From Lama guanicoe (Eukaryota): DNA of 63,837 bases. The stretch is from the NCBI GenBank assembly GCA_013239625.1, contig MU057102.1:1699432-1763268 (forward strand). The letters run 5' to 3'. How positions within the stretch are numbered: the stretch's first letter is position 1; every line of letters begins with the position of its first letter. The position numbers were made by a program, and so were the translations under genes. Below, in pieces: positions 48,170 through 61,162 of the stretch. The notes under the pieces were generated by a model. The model did not search any database, was not told where the DNA came from, and saw only the letters and a program-made list of their open reading frames with translations.

Positions 48170-48560
48170 GAAAATGATTATCAAGGCAATACATGACTGC
48201 AGGAAAAAAATTCAGATAATACAGAAAAGCGTAAAGAAGGAAACGGAAATCACTCCAGATCTCACCGCCCAGAATCTCCCCCAGCTTTTTGGTAAACGTC
48301 CTCCCAGACAGACCTCTGAATGTGCACGCAGGTTCACCAGCATCGGCAGACTCACGATCTACCTGGCGTCCCGCAAACTGCTCTTGTATCCTGGATGGCT
48401 TTCCGTGCAACAGACACAGACCTGCTCGTCGCTTGAAACCGCACGGTGTTCCCAGCAACGATGGACCCAGACACGAGCAGTGGGTGCCCTGGAGAAGCAC
48501 GTGTAGCTTTGCCCGGCTTTTCAGGCTCACAGACAGCGCTGCAGAGAGCGTCCCCCTGCA
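48170..48560 (-). mobile_element. L1ME-type 3' end fragment
   Basis: gcaatacatg...aatacagaaaagcgtaaagaaggaaacggaaatcactccagatctcaccgcccaga resembles the antisense L1ME tail. Confidence 0.6.
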
Positions 48561-48699
48561 CACAGCCCTGCCCGTGGGAGGCGGCAGAGTCAGGGAGCAA
48601 ACAGCCCGAGGTAGCAGGCTCTGCTCTGGGTGGCGCTGGGGGGCGGGGAGGAGCATGGGGTCAGGTAATCAGACCGAGGGTCACAGAACCTGATCCCCG

Positions 48700-49900
48700 T
48701 ACGACGGACCATCGCAGATCCTGGGGCTCCAACATCAGAGAGGGCCTCCAGCACAAAAGACAGAAACACAAACCCAAACTGCCAAGGAAACTGGGAATAA
48801 GCAGGGAGGAGAGGAGCTCCTGGAAGAAGAGAGCGAGGCTCGCAGCCAAGGAGAGATGGTGCCGCCACGGAGTAAGACCGTGCCCCGTAGAAACGAGCGC
48901 TCGGCAGACAACAAACATTCCTGCACATTAATTAGCTGGCGGTGGAAGATGGAGAAGGTAACAGTGAGGACACAGGGTGACGCGAACAGGGATTCAGGGA
49001 GAGAGCAGGTGGGGCAGAGACAGGGACGCGTGCGCTGAAGGACCGTCCCCAGGAGCACGGACGCGGGATGAGGGAGGGCAGGGAGACTGGCAGCAAAGAA
49101 ACGACTCTGACCCACGTTCCGGCACGAAGACCATCAGTCCGGTTCACAGGCCTCTGAGCGCTCGGCACAGGCGTGCCACAGAGCTGCTAAGCGCATCCTG
49201 GTGAAATCTCACTGCAGGGGAAACAGAAGTAGGTCACAAAAGAAGACAAGGAATCAGAATGCACTAGAACTTCTCAGCTGCATCCTGGAAGCCGGGGAGG
49301 GCGGAGCGCCCGTGGCCGAGAAAGTTCACAGGCACCCAAATTCCACAGCAGCCACACCACCACCTCCTGGTGCCGGGGCCAGACAGGGACTCTCTGGTAC
49401 TCAGAGGATGCCCGGCCCCTGCGCCCCTGGCCAGGACCTCTCGGAGGACGTGTGGCACCAAAGGAGACACTGAAACCACAAGCAGGCAGACTTGGGATCT
49501 AGGAAACGGGGGTCGTCGCAGGAAAGAGACTGAGCAGCTGGGAGCAGGGGTGAGAAGGCGTCTGTCTTCCAGACGGATGTTTCTAGAGAGAAAGAGGGGC
49601 GGGACAAGCCACTTGCCGCGTGAAGCACAAAGGATGGTGAGTTCATGCACACTTTGGGGAAAAGTTCAGCAACTGGTGACGGAAACACGAGAAAATGTGA
49701 ACGCACCCCCCAGGGGGTGTCTGCGGCTCACCTCGGGGACAGGGGGAGGGTTGCTGAAGAGACACAGCGGGGATTTGAGTAGAGAACCGATGTGTTGATG
49801 AACTTGACTAAAAAGATTTAAGCCATAGGTTGACGAGTTGATTCATATTGAACAGTCATTTAATCCAAAATGTGATTTCCCTGCGTGGGGAGGTGGAGGC
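48700..49900 (+). mobile_element. HAL1/old L1 ORF1-region remnant, GC-drifted
   Basis: A/G-skewed strand; catcctggtgaaat...ggaatcagaatgcactagaacttctcagctgcatcctggaagccgg resembles the ORF1 segment encoding IR..SDFS.ATLEAR. Confidence 0.6.
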
Positions 49901-51394
49901 TCTGAGAGAATTCAACTTGCACATCTGTCTGCAGAGAAGTCAAGGGCTGGGGTCTAAAGTGGACAGATCAGCATAAGGCAGAATGACGTGTCACCTGGAA
50001 ACAGACGCGCCAAACCGAGCAGTGCAAACCGGACCCCAGACGGACGGAAAGCTGAGAGTCTTTGCTTCGTGGGGCAGGCGGGGAGGCAGATGCTTGTATG
50101 ATACCCCTTGAAGAATGATTTGACTTTTTGGACATATTGCTTCAGTGAAACGAAACGTAAGATACAGCACGGGGCGTGGGTGCATGTGCTGACTCAGTGG
50201 CTGGTCAGAAGCACTGGTTTCCTCGGTCGTGTGGTTTCTGCCTGGAAAGAGCACCCAAGCGCAGGGTCCCCCCCAGGCCCCCTGGGCTCAGCGCGGCTCA
50301 CTGCTGGGGGCCAGAGCCCTCGACCCTGGTTTCAGTGGTGCCAGCGTGGCCACACCCAGCGAGAGCAGAGGGAAGGAGACCCAGGGCCCTGCCTGGACCA
50401 GGTGCTGGTCTGAGGGAGGCCTGGGTGGGTGTGGACAGATGGGTCGGAGATGCCGTCCAGTGGGGAGACGGAGACCAGCAAGGGCCTGCAGGTGGGAAGG
50501 AGGCTGGCGGTTCTGGTGAGACATCTGAGGCCGCGGACAGGAATGGAGGGACCCGGGACTGCAGATAATTTGTTTACCTGATGACAAGACTGCACCCATG
50601 CTCAGCTCCTGTGGAACCCTTCCCAAATCTGGGACTAGAAAGCAATTGTATGAATTGCTCTAAGGACAGAGTTTCAGAAACGCCTCCTGGTCCCTGCCCC
50701 AAGGAGGGAGAACTGCTGGCCCGGGAGGTCCTCAGAGTCCTTGTCTGCTGGTCAGAGGACAGAGGCCACCGCCCACTCAGGATGCAGAAATTGGACATAG
50801 CTCTTCCACAGGCCGTCTCCAGGGCCCACTCAGCAGCATGCCCCGGGCCCTGCCGGCCCGCACCCGCTGTCTGAGCTCGTGCTGAGACACTGGCCCGGCG
50901 GCCGCAGCTCCCAGCCGCGCGCATGCTTCCCCCAAACTCGCCAGCTGCCTGTGGGAGTCCGAGGGCCCAGTCTGGCTGGCAGAAGCCCTTCCTAGCAGGG
51001 AGGTTTCTCTCTGGGTCAGGGAGCAGGCAGTCCTGTTGTCACACAAACTCCCAAGGGCCCCAGAGTTCCCAGCCTGCGTCGGGAGTCAATGTGGGGCGCC
51101 AGGCAGTGGGACGTCCCTATAACGTCCAGGCCCCCTGGACAGCGAGCCTAAGGCCCGGGGCTGGGACGACACGGCGGGGTGTCAGGGAACCCCTGCCCCA
51201 CCAGTCCTAGAAGGTGCCCAGGGGAGAGGGTGGGGCCCTGACAAAGGTCGGGCGGCTGACCCCCTTCTAAGAAGGTTCCGGGTGTCTGGGCAAGTCCCTG
51301 AAGTAGAGGGTGGGGCCAGCAGATGTCTTTGAGGAATCTGGAGCTGGGGCCCCTGGCGGATGGGGGTGGCTGACTGTGGCATTTGAGTTATTGG

Positions 51395-51530
51395 TGTTGC
51401 TTCAAAGCGAACCTGCAGTGTTCGCTAAAAATGCAGACTCCCAGACACCCGCTGTAGCAGCTCTGGCCCCAGGGCCTGAAGTGGGCCCCGGGATCCGCGT
51501 TTCATCTGTGTGCAATGTCGCTGTGGATCG
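51395..51530. mobile_element. MER5-like DNA transposon fragment
   Basis: gtgttgcttcaaag...ctaaaaatgcagactcccag...gtgggccccgggatccgcgtttca. Confidence 0.55.
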
Positions 51531-53414
51531 AGGAGCCTTCTAAGCGGCTGCTCATGCTGTTCCTTGCCTGTAACACCCTTCTTCCTCCTCCTCCTCCTCC
51601 AGATGTGCAGTGTCAACTTTGCCTTCAAGATTGAGTTCCAATAGTGCTGGACCAGGTGCCTCTGCGTGTTTCCCAGGGTCCCCCTCGTTCAGAGCAGTGA
51701 CCCCACAGTGTGGTCACTCCTGTCGGGTTTCCTGCACACAGTGGGGTCTCAGCAAAGGCATCGGCTGAACACATTCTTTCCCACAGGTTCTAGAAGCAGC
51801 AGTGGTAACGGCCACACGACACCCGCCCTGCAGAGCCCCAAGGCCCAGGCAGAGTCCCCAGCAGGTGCTTCCCTGAGGTTGGGGACACCCTCTGGAATGT
51901 TCCCTCCTGTTCATGACTCTGCAGCTCTGCGGGGCCTGGCCCAGCAGAGGCAGCCAAGCATGGCTGGAATCGGAGCTTGGAGGGCCCGGTCCATCCCTGC
52001 CCCTCGCAGCCTCCCCAGGCCAGACGCCCACCTCCCGCAAGGAATGGGAGCCCAGAAGGGCCCTGGAGCCCCTGCCAGGAGAGAGGAAGGAACGACAGAT
52101 ACGCATGATACAGCCTGCAGAAGGGCCCGGCTCCCCAGGGAGGCTGGAAAAGTCCCCCAGTGCTCAGAGCCAGATGGCCGCTCCAGGGAATTAAGCCCAG
52201 TTTGGGTTGATCCCAAAGCCAGGACACACACCTCTCAGGGGCCCTGGAGATGTTCTTTGTGCCCCAGAGCCCGGAGAGGAGGTTGAGAGCCAGTGCAGAG
52301 AGAAGGATGTGCAGGACTGGTCCCCTGGCTCCACGCCCTGAGCATGCAGGGGAACCGAGGCAGGGGGCCTGACCCTCACAGCAGCCCTGCTGTGGGCCTC
52401 CCTCTGCGCCCGGCCCGGGTTCATGGATTGACCCCTCACAGGACCCCGCGAGGCGGTAACCATACCCCTCATCGTGTGGCCGTGCCAAACTGGATCCTCC
52501 CCTCTGCAGCCTCCCCTGAGGGGGCCCTGCCCACCTGCCCACCTGTGCGCCTGCACCCCCAGTGATGGGCATGACTGCGTCCCAGCCCACCTAGCCCTCC
52601 CTTAAGTCCAGGCTGGACGCAGGCTCCCCAGACGGCCCTCAAGCCCTGACCAACTGACACGGACATTTTCTCGAGGCTGGAGGTGGGGGGAGGCAGGGTG
52701 AGCTGAGCTGGGCATCCCAGGATCTCATCCGGGCCTCCAGTCTTCCAGAAGCCGAGCCAGCGCAGTGCAGGCCAACGGCTGAGGATTTGGGGGCGCTGGA
52801 GGAGGGGACAGAGCGCCGTGCCGATGGAACAGGACTCAGCCGCTGCAGAGCCACGCTAACCCTGCAGGTGGACATCCACGTGGCCTGGAGTACCCGGGAG
52901 TGTGGCCGGGGCCCCTGGGGTCACCGTCAGCTTGCCATGGGCTGGCCCTTCGCTCAGGACAGCACCTGGCTAAGGCGCGGCCCCGCTGACAGGCGCAGGA
53001 CCTTGGGGAAGGGAAGGTTCTCCTTGGGGCAGCTCCTCGGGCCCCCACTGGGCCGTGCAGGGAGGGAGGAAGGGGGTGGAGAGGCCCAGGGTGCAGGACC
53101 CCAGATCTGTTACTAGAGGCCTGTGGTGTGTTTTGGTCCCGGTAATTTCCTGGTTTAAACCCATTCATTTTGCTGACACTGTAAGTGTAAGTCTGAGGCC
53201 AGGCTGGCCTGCAGGGCCCCAGCGTGTGTCCTCCGGGTCAGAGGGGCTGTTATTCATCCATTCACTCATTCATTCACCCAACCACCAGGGCTGGAGGGAG
53301 GTCCCCACAGGGTGCAGACTGTCAGACTCAAGGGGCCCCAGGCGCACCTCGGGCTGGGCCAAGGAGGAGAGAGGTAGGCGCAGAGACCCCCACGGCCTCC
53401 CGACCCCTCCCCTT

Positions 53415-53770
53415 GCTTGCGAGCGTCACAGCTGGCTGGCTTCACACAGCAGCCTGGAGGCTGCAAGTTCAAAACCCACGTGCAGGCGGGGCTGCCTCCC
53501 TCTGAGGCTCCGGGGAGGGTTCCTCCTTGTCCCTTCCAGTCCTGGTGTCGGCCGGCATTCTTGGTGCTCCTGGGCTCCTGGCCAGCCCACTCTGAGCAAT
53601 CCTCCGTGGTCATGTGGCCCCTCCCTGTGTGTGTCCTCCCTTCCTACAAGGGTACCAGTCAGGGGACGTAGGGCCCACCCAGCGCAGTGACCGCATCTCA
53701 GCTGTTCACGGCCGCTAAGACCTGTTCCACACCCTGAGGTTCTGAGTGGGTGTGAGTTGGGGGTGGACAC
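53415..53770 (-). mobile_element. MaLR LTR (MLT1B/C-like)
   Basis: ctggaggctgcaagttcaaa...ccctctgaggctccggggagggttcctccttg...cttcctacaagggtaccagtca...ctgaggttctg. Confidence 0.75.
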
Positions 53771-55989
53771 CAGCCAGCCCCCTCCAGGGGGACACTGTCA
53801 GCTGACCACCTGCTCACAGCGGACAAGCACTCCCTGCTTGAAGGGAGGGTGGCTGGCACCCGAGTGTGCCACGGGGACCCACTTCACACACGTCGGGAGC
53901 AGCCCCTGGACCCTCAAAGGCTCCTCTCAGAAGCCGAGTCCGCGGGAGGGACAGCGGCCCCGTCTGCAACTGGCTTGGGGCCCAGGGGCTCCTCCCCAGG
54001 TGAGCTCCTGGGGCTGCACAGCGCTGGCGGGGAAGTGCCGCCTCCCACGGGGTCTCAGACGGCTGGCCTCCCACGGTCACCCCGTGTCTGGTCCAGCGCA
54101 TCTGCTCCCCTCTGGACCCATCTGTTCGGATGACCCATCAGAGCCTCCAGATGCCACCAATGGGGTCGTCTCAGCCACTGTGAAGCCCCAACCTGCCTTT
54201 GTTGTTTAAAACCAAGCGACCGAGCGAGGACAGGGCTCCCGACGCTCCGCGGGGACCAGGATGGGACAGGCGAGCAGTGTGTGGCCACTGGGTTGGAGGA
54301 GCTGTGCCCTCCCAAGGTTATTAGTTTTCACGCTCCAGGTTCGAGGAGGGGGAGGGGTTTCTGCCTGGGTACAGCCTGGATGTAACCCAGCGCGGGGGGG
54401 GGGCAGGTGCCGCCGGCCCCGCAGGCCCGGCGCCAAGACGCTTTCTCCCCTCTGCGCGCGTGCGCGTGCGCGCCCCGTGTTGATGCACATGGAACGGGAG
54501 CCTGTCCCACACCTTCAGCGCTGGACCAAACGGGACGGCTCTGGGCAGGGAGCAACGTGACCTGAGCTCTACCCTGAGATCAGGCTGAGGCCCAGCCGTC
54601 CACTCGCTTCATTTAGAGTTTTCATCTGCTCGCCAAGAGCGGGGAGCACAGAACACTGGCCAGCGGCTCAGAGCTCCCAGGGCGGGGGGAGGAGCCGGGC
54701 CGGGGCTAACGGGGGCATCCGCTGGGCATGAGGCCAGTTACCAAGAGCAAAGAGCCTTCTCGTAGGGCAGAGCCTGGTTCCAGGAAAACTAGCTAGTGCA
54801 AGGTCAGCTGACCTCAGGGGGCTCCAGGGCAGGATGGCCGGGGCAGGGGGTTGATCAGGAGTAGCCCCTGGGGGACATCACCGCCCCTGGACCCTCAGCC
54901 TCTCTGCTTCCCCACTGCTCCTGCCTCTGCTGACCAGCTCCCTGCGGCCACGTGGCCTGGGGCTGACCTGTCTCACACCCTGGAACCTCCAGAAGCTTCC
55001 ACCACCTTCAGACTCAGGCAGAGGGCCGCAGCGCTCAGGGTCACGTTTCCCAAGCCTCTGCCAAAGCGGCGGGTGATGCCCGAGGTTAAGTCCCCACAGA
55101 GCAATTGTGACTTGTCTGGAGATGCCCTATGTGGCTCTGGCATCTCATCCACAGTGACAGCCAGGGTGGTGATGGCTTGGCACCACTCCCCATCCTCCCC
55201 AGCCTCCCCTCCCTCCTTCCTCCCTCCTTTATCCTGAGACTGCGCCTCCCACGTAAGCCAGGGGCCCTAACCCCTACCTCAGGCTCTGGACTAAGACCAG
55301 GGAGGTTGGGGGAGGGAGTTCCAGCCAGAGGGAACAGGCTGTACGAAGGCTCCTTGCAGAAAGGGCTGAGCAGTCCAGGACTTGTGGACATCCAGTGGGG
55401 CCTGAGCAGTGGGGGCCACTGAAACGGGGCCTTGTGGGATACAGGGGCAGGCCCAGGCCTTGGGGACCGCCATCCTAGGTCAAATCCCTGCTCAGCCATG
55501 TCCAAGCTCACGGCAGCCGCCGTGCACACGGAGGGACAGGACACCACCTCTCAGGGCCTCTGGGTGCTCGGAGGGGCAAGCTGGCTTGTGGGCTTCCTGG
55601 CTCCGGCTTCTCCGCACGACACAGGACCCAGGCTCCACAGCTGAGATGCCACCAGCCCCGAGGGATGTTGGCAGATGCATGGCACACCTGGCCACCTGGA
55701 CCGGCTTCCAGCTCTCTTTCAGAGTCCCGTGTATGACTCCCATCACGCAGACAACCTGCTTCTGATCTGCCAGCGGCTGTGAGCCAGCCATGGCTGCCCT
55801 GAGCCTTTTCTCGGTGCTTTCAAGTTTGTTCATTGGCTTGTTTTTGTTCCTTCAGGAAACTTCTTTTGAAGCAAAGGCTAGTGAACCTTGGTGTGGAGTT
55901 CAAGTGTGGAGTTCAAGTCTCGGTCAAAATAACCAACTATGGATTCACAGTGCGCTCACGGCTCCATCCCTGCCCCAGTCACAGGGGCG

Positions 55990-56112
55990 TGCACACACAG
56001 GCACACACAGGCACGTGCATCTGCACTCACATGTGCACACTTACGGCTCACACTGGCGCTTGCACACTCACCAGCACACGTGCACACACCCGGCAGACAG
56101 GCACGCACTCAC
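55990..56112. repeat. Degenerate (CA)-rich tract
   Basis: gcacacacaggcacacacaggcacgtgc... Confidence 0.8.
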
Positions 56113-56707
56113 AGAGGCAGGCTTGAATGGAGGTTCCCAGACCCCACTCCCTGCCATAGGACACAGGAAGGGGGAAGAGGTTGAGCAGAGGCCCAGGGGG
56201 CAGAAAATCGGACCGAGGCTGGATCTGTATCCATGGGTAGCTGGGACCCTGGATGAATCCCTCCCACTCACCTCGGTCTCCCCATCTGTGAAATGGAATC
56301 ATCTCTTCCCCCAGGTTGTCAGGGAGGCAGTTGAGAAGACGTAAGAAAGTGGTTTTCCAGGTGCTGCATGCAGCGCTGCTGAGGTACAAACCACAGGCAC
56401 CCTGTGCCGAGGCCAGGAGATGGGCTGAGACCCAGCGACACGCCCAGCCCGGACAGCCTGCATGAGGGACCTGCTGTGTGATCTTGGGGGAGCATCTGCC
56501 CTCTCTGGGCCTCAGCAGCTCTTCACCATCAGCCCAGCCGCTGCTGTCTGCCAAGACAGAGCCCGGGGGTACCGGGGCCTGTGCTGGGGCCACACAACAC
56601 TCCTCTGTGCGAGGAGGGAAACTGAGGCTCGGTGAAGTGGAGGAACTGGGGACCAGACTAGAGAGTGAGGCCCCAAACCAGGGGGGCAGCTCTCAGTGTT
56701 TGTAAGA

Positions 56708-56982
56708 GTGGTGGTTAACGGTACCTGCCCACCTGAGGGGTGGTCTGACATTTGGTCAACATGACTCTGCATGTGTCCACCAGGCAGTTTCTGGATGAGC
56801 TTAGCTTTTGGGTCGGCAGCTTGAGTAAAGCAGACAGCCCTCCCCAGGGTGGTGGGCCTCTCCTGGTCACCTGAAGGTTGTAGAAGTCAACGCAGTTACG
56901 AAATACCTTCGCAGCGACACCTGGATGAGTGAATCACTGGGGACTACGACCTGGCCAAGCTGACACATGACTGACCATCACA
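56708..56982. mobile_element. Two ERVL MLT2 LTR 5' fragments in opposite orientation
   Basis: Plus: gtggtggttaa...acatttggtcaa...ctggatgag...tgagtaaagcagacagccctcc. Minus from 56982: tgtgatggtcagtcatgtgtcagcttggccagg...tgcgaaggtatttcgta. Confidence 0.7.
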
Positions 56983-57857
56983 CAGGCTTGGACTCAGGAG
57001 CCCTGAATCTCAGGACCAGCTGCCAGGGTTTGTGCAATTTGAAGTCTGATGCTCTATGTGTGGCCTCAGTTTCCTCATTGGTAAGTGGGAGAGCCTGTCC
57101 CTCAGGGAATCATCCCTGAGGGTCTGCCCTGTGTGGGGATAGCAGGGGAGAAAAGACCTAGTCCCCACTCTGGTTCAGGGACGGCCTTCTGGGTTTTGAC
57201 GTCTGCAGAGGAGTGTGCCAGGCAGCCCATGTGGGGAGTGTGCACCAGGTAGCTGGACGAGGGAGGAGCACAGGGAGCTGGAGGAGGGGCAGCAGGTTCT
57301 GCTGTCCAGGCAGAGGGTACCGCCCCCACCGCAGCCTTCCCCCTGCTGGGGGCGTGGCCTGGCGCTTGTCCTCTCTCCCTGACACCTGCCCAGTGGTGGG
57401 GGTGGGGAGGGAAGGGCTTGTTCTCAACCATAAATTCGATCGTGTGATTTCCTCCTGGAAGCTGCCCAAAGACCACAGCATGACTTTCTGGCTATACTGT
57501 GAAGACCCCAGCGGGAAGCTCACTGGAACCAGGACCCTCCCACCCCAGGAGGAAGGGAGGACATCCCAGTGAGTCAGGCCTGGCTGAGGTCACAGACACT
57601 AGCCAGAGGCCTGCTCTCAGCAGCAGCGCCCCCGGGTGACCCCAGGACCCCACGGTGAGTGGATAGGTGCCGGGGTGTCCCCTAAAGCAGCAGCCTCACT
57701 GCTCAGAGCGAGTTTGGGGTCAAATGTGCAACACTTCTCATCACACACACCCGGGAGGTAGGTGATCAAACAGAGCCACCACCTCCAACAACTGGGCAAG
57801 GCGCCGAGACGGAGTGGTCTGAAAGCACCACCGCCAGGGCCTGGCACTTGGGGTTGT

Positions 57858-57960
57858 GCTCATCCATCAACCCATCCACCCATCCCTCCATCATCCACCC
57901 ACCACCCACCCATTATCCATCCATCCATCCATTTACTAAACACATCTTGAGCTTCTGCTG
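57858..57960. repeat. (CCAT)n-like microsatellite running into an L2 3' end
   Basis: catccatc repeats followed by catttactaaacacatc. Confidence 0.75.
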
Positions 57961-60749
57961 TGGGCCAGACCCTGTCCAGGTTCTGGGGAACTGGGAACGA
58001 GCTGGCCTGACAGGTCCCTGTCCCATGGAGGTGACCTGAGGAGGTAAGGAGGGAGCAAACAGTGATCTGATAAGTCGATTTATCACCAAGAACAGCAGAT
58101 GGGTTCCTTTGCTGGCTAGTGTCTCTGTCCCTTCCTCACTGTAACAAGCGTTGCCCAGCCTCGAGGGGCACGTGCCCGTGTCCGGCTCCAGGGGAGAGCC
58201 TGGGTCTCCCAGGGGCCCCACAGCCTGCACCCGGCGGGCCAATTAAACTCTGCGCGTGCCGCACGACTGCACTTGTGAGAAGACAGCGATGAATTCCACG
58301 GCCAAGTGCTTCGCCAACATTCATTTTATTAATTCTTCTCTCAAAATGTCAAATCGCTCTGAAGCAGGCTCCCTGTCAGACACGTGGCAGGGCTGTTGGA
58401 GGAGAATTTGGGAAGAGCGAAGAGGCAGAAGAACTCGCCGCAGCTGAGACAGGACCACCCTCCTGGGGACCCTGACGGGCCACCCGGGGATGCAGAGGAA
58501 AGCCACACAGACTGGGGTGCTGGGAAGATCTGGAAGCTTCCCTGGCCACCCCCGGGGGGCCACGGCTGAGGAGCCGGCACTGGGGCGGGCGGGCCAGGCA
58601 GACCCCACGTGGGACCCCACCCGGCCCTCTCCAAGCCCCGGGTCCCCAGGAGTAAACCTGGGCTTGGCACAGCCTACATTGTCCTCACGTGAATCAGTCA
58701 GCAGGACGCCATTCACCCCACGTCTCAGCTGCCAAGTCCAGCCTGAAGTCCCACCAACGAGGAAGACTGGAAACTTCCCTCTATCTCCTGCTCATATTTG
58801 CCAGTGAGCGCTCAGCTGGAAGGGGGACCTAGGCACACATGACCTCTGCCCCCTGCCTTAGCGTGGCAGGCAACTTAGGCTCCCGCCAGCCCACCCCACT
58901 GTGTGCTGGATAAGGAATAAGCAGATCCTGGCGAGAGGAGAGGTTGGTGACCATGGAAACACGAGCCTCCCGTGAGCTCAGATTCCCCAGGGGCGGGGCA
59001 GGAGCTGAGGCGAGGGAAGGGGCGGGCAGGCTCACTGGGGGAGGGTCAGGGTGACAGAGCCCTCTGGGGGCACTGAAGGTCCCAGAGTCTGGACGGGCTT
59101 CCTCCTCGGCCTGTGCTTCCTGGCGTCATGGCCCTGGTCCCTGAACTGGCTTTCTGTCCCCTCTAGTGCCTGCTCTCGACTGGGGAGCAGTCTGACATCT
59201 GTGGGTGGCCCTCAGGCTGGGCCCGGAGTTGGTCCACATTCACGGGCAGTGATGGAGGGGGCACTCAGATCTGCCTCCCCGTCCACGCCTGCATCCAGCA
59301 TCACTGGTCCTCGGCTCCTAGAGATGCAGGTATGAAGGGGCGCCAACCTGGTGCCCTTGTCTAGGGGTGAAAAAAGACATCTAAACTAACATTTACAATG
59401 CAGGACACTTTCATGGAGAGCAGGTGTATCAAAATTTACCCTGCACAGAGGCAGCAGCTACAGTGCCTGCAGGATTCGCTCCATTTCTCAGCCAAGGCCA
59501 CACACAGCCCCAGAGGCCCGGGCAGTGGCCAGGAGTGGCTGGGAACAGGGCTCACCATCTCTGACCCGTGCACGCTCCTCTGAGAGCTGAGGGCCTCCTG
59601 GAGCTGCCCCACAGCCCTGGACGCCCGCCCCATCCTCTCCCCCTTCACAGGTCCCAGACAGGTATCGCCGTCCGAAGGCTCTCGGTGCTCCTTGCCCCCT
59701 GGTCTTCCACAAGCATCACCCAGTAGGTCTCTGGCCCTTCTGGCTCCTTCTCAGAACACCCAGACCATCACGAGAAGTGAAGGGGTTCCTGGCTGGAGCC
59801 TTGCTCACTACTGGTCATCTCTTCCTCACCCAAGACAGGCTTCCCGGACACCAGCTCTGTGCCAGGCGCTGCTAAGCGTGGAGGACTGCGGCTCTCCGTT
59901 CACTTGGGGATTTTTCTTATGTTACCATAGCTTCTATTTTTTGCACTTCGATTTAAACCTATTAACCATTGAGAAAAAAAGAGAGCGAGAAAAGGCTGCT
60001 TCAGGCCTGCTTCTCTGCTGCTATGGATCACTCAAGGACCAAGTTTCGGTAGAAAGACAACGAGGCTTATGCTGAGTGAGGAAACACACCGGGGCACCAT
60101 TGGCATGCAGAGGCTGCCTGTCTCAGCCAGGTCCTTGAGAAAGCAGAGCCTGAGGCAAGGGTTAAGTTGCTGCCACTTCCCACGAGAGGTACAAGGCCAG
60201 GACGGCAAGGGAGGGGGACGGGGAAGCGAGACAAGGAAAGATATTCGTGGCTGATGTGCCCCTGCGCTGGCCGCCCCCCGACAGCGAGCAGAGGGAGGCT
60301 GCAGACGCGCTCGGTCAGCGCGGGGGATGGGGCGTCTCAGCATGGGCTGCACGGAGGACTGTCACGCGGGATCATCCACGGAGGGGGAGCTGCCCACCCT
60401 CCTCTGCCTCCCAACCCCTCCCCACTGGGCGCTGACCCCTGCGCTGTCTGATTGCACCTCTCAGCCTCTCAGCAGCCACCCAGGAAGCCAGCCCCTGTGA
60501 TCTGAGGTGGGGGGCTGCATCGGGTGGTGAGGGGCTGCCTGGCACTGGAGGGGTGTCAGCCTGGAGACGGGGGGTGCTCAAGAGCTGAGACGTGGGCAAG
60601 GCTGTCCCCACGCACTGTCCCAACCCCGCCTCGGGGCGTCCTGGGGCACCGGGGAGGCCCAGCCACGTGAGGCCCCGGCGCCCTTGGGAGGGTGGCCCTG
60701 CTTCTCTGGCCTGCACAGTGTGTGCGGCAGAGCCCGGGGCGGGGGATGA

Positions 60750-61162
60750 GTGTCTCCAAGCTGCTAGCAGACTACCACAGACTGGGGGGCTTATGACAAC
60801 GGACATTTGTCTTCTCACACTTCTGGCTCCAGAGTCCCCAGTGAAGGTGTCAGAAGCCCTAAGGGAGGGTCCTCCCTGCCTCCTGCAGCTCCTGGGGGCT
60901 CCAGGTGTTCGTGGGTGAGTGGTCGCACCGCCCCAGCCTCCGCTCCGTCTTCACGTGGCCTCCTCCCTCTCTGCCTCCTCTGTGTGTCTCTTGTAAGGAC
61001 AGTTGTTGTTGGATGTAGGGGCACCCCGGTGATCCGGGGCAATCTCAGCTCGAGCTCCTTAACTAATTACATCTGAGCAAGGATGCTTTTTTCAAATAAG
61101 ATCACATTCTGAGGTTCCAGGGGTCAGGATATAGACCCGTCTTTGGGGTCCCCCATTCAACC
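60750..61162 (-). mobile_element. MaLR LTR (MLT1B/C-like)
   Basis: actaccacagactggggggctta...tctcacacttctggctccagagtcc...ccttaactaattacatctg...caaataagatcacattctgaggttccaggg. Confidence 0.82.

Noticed and set aside
52945-52970. REST/NRSE site (GGACAGCACC)
   Set aside because: Only the right half-site is present; there is no TCAGCACC left half at the canonical spacing.
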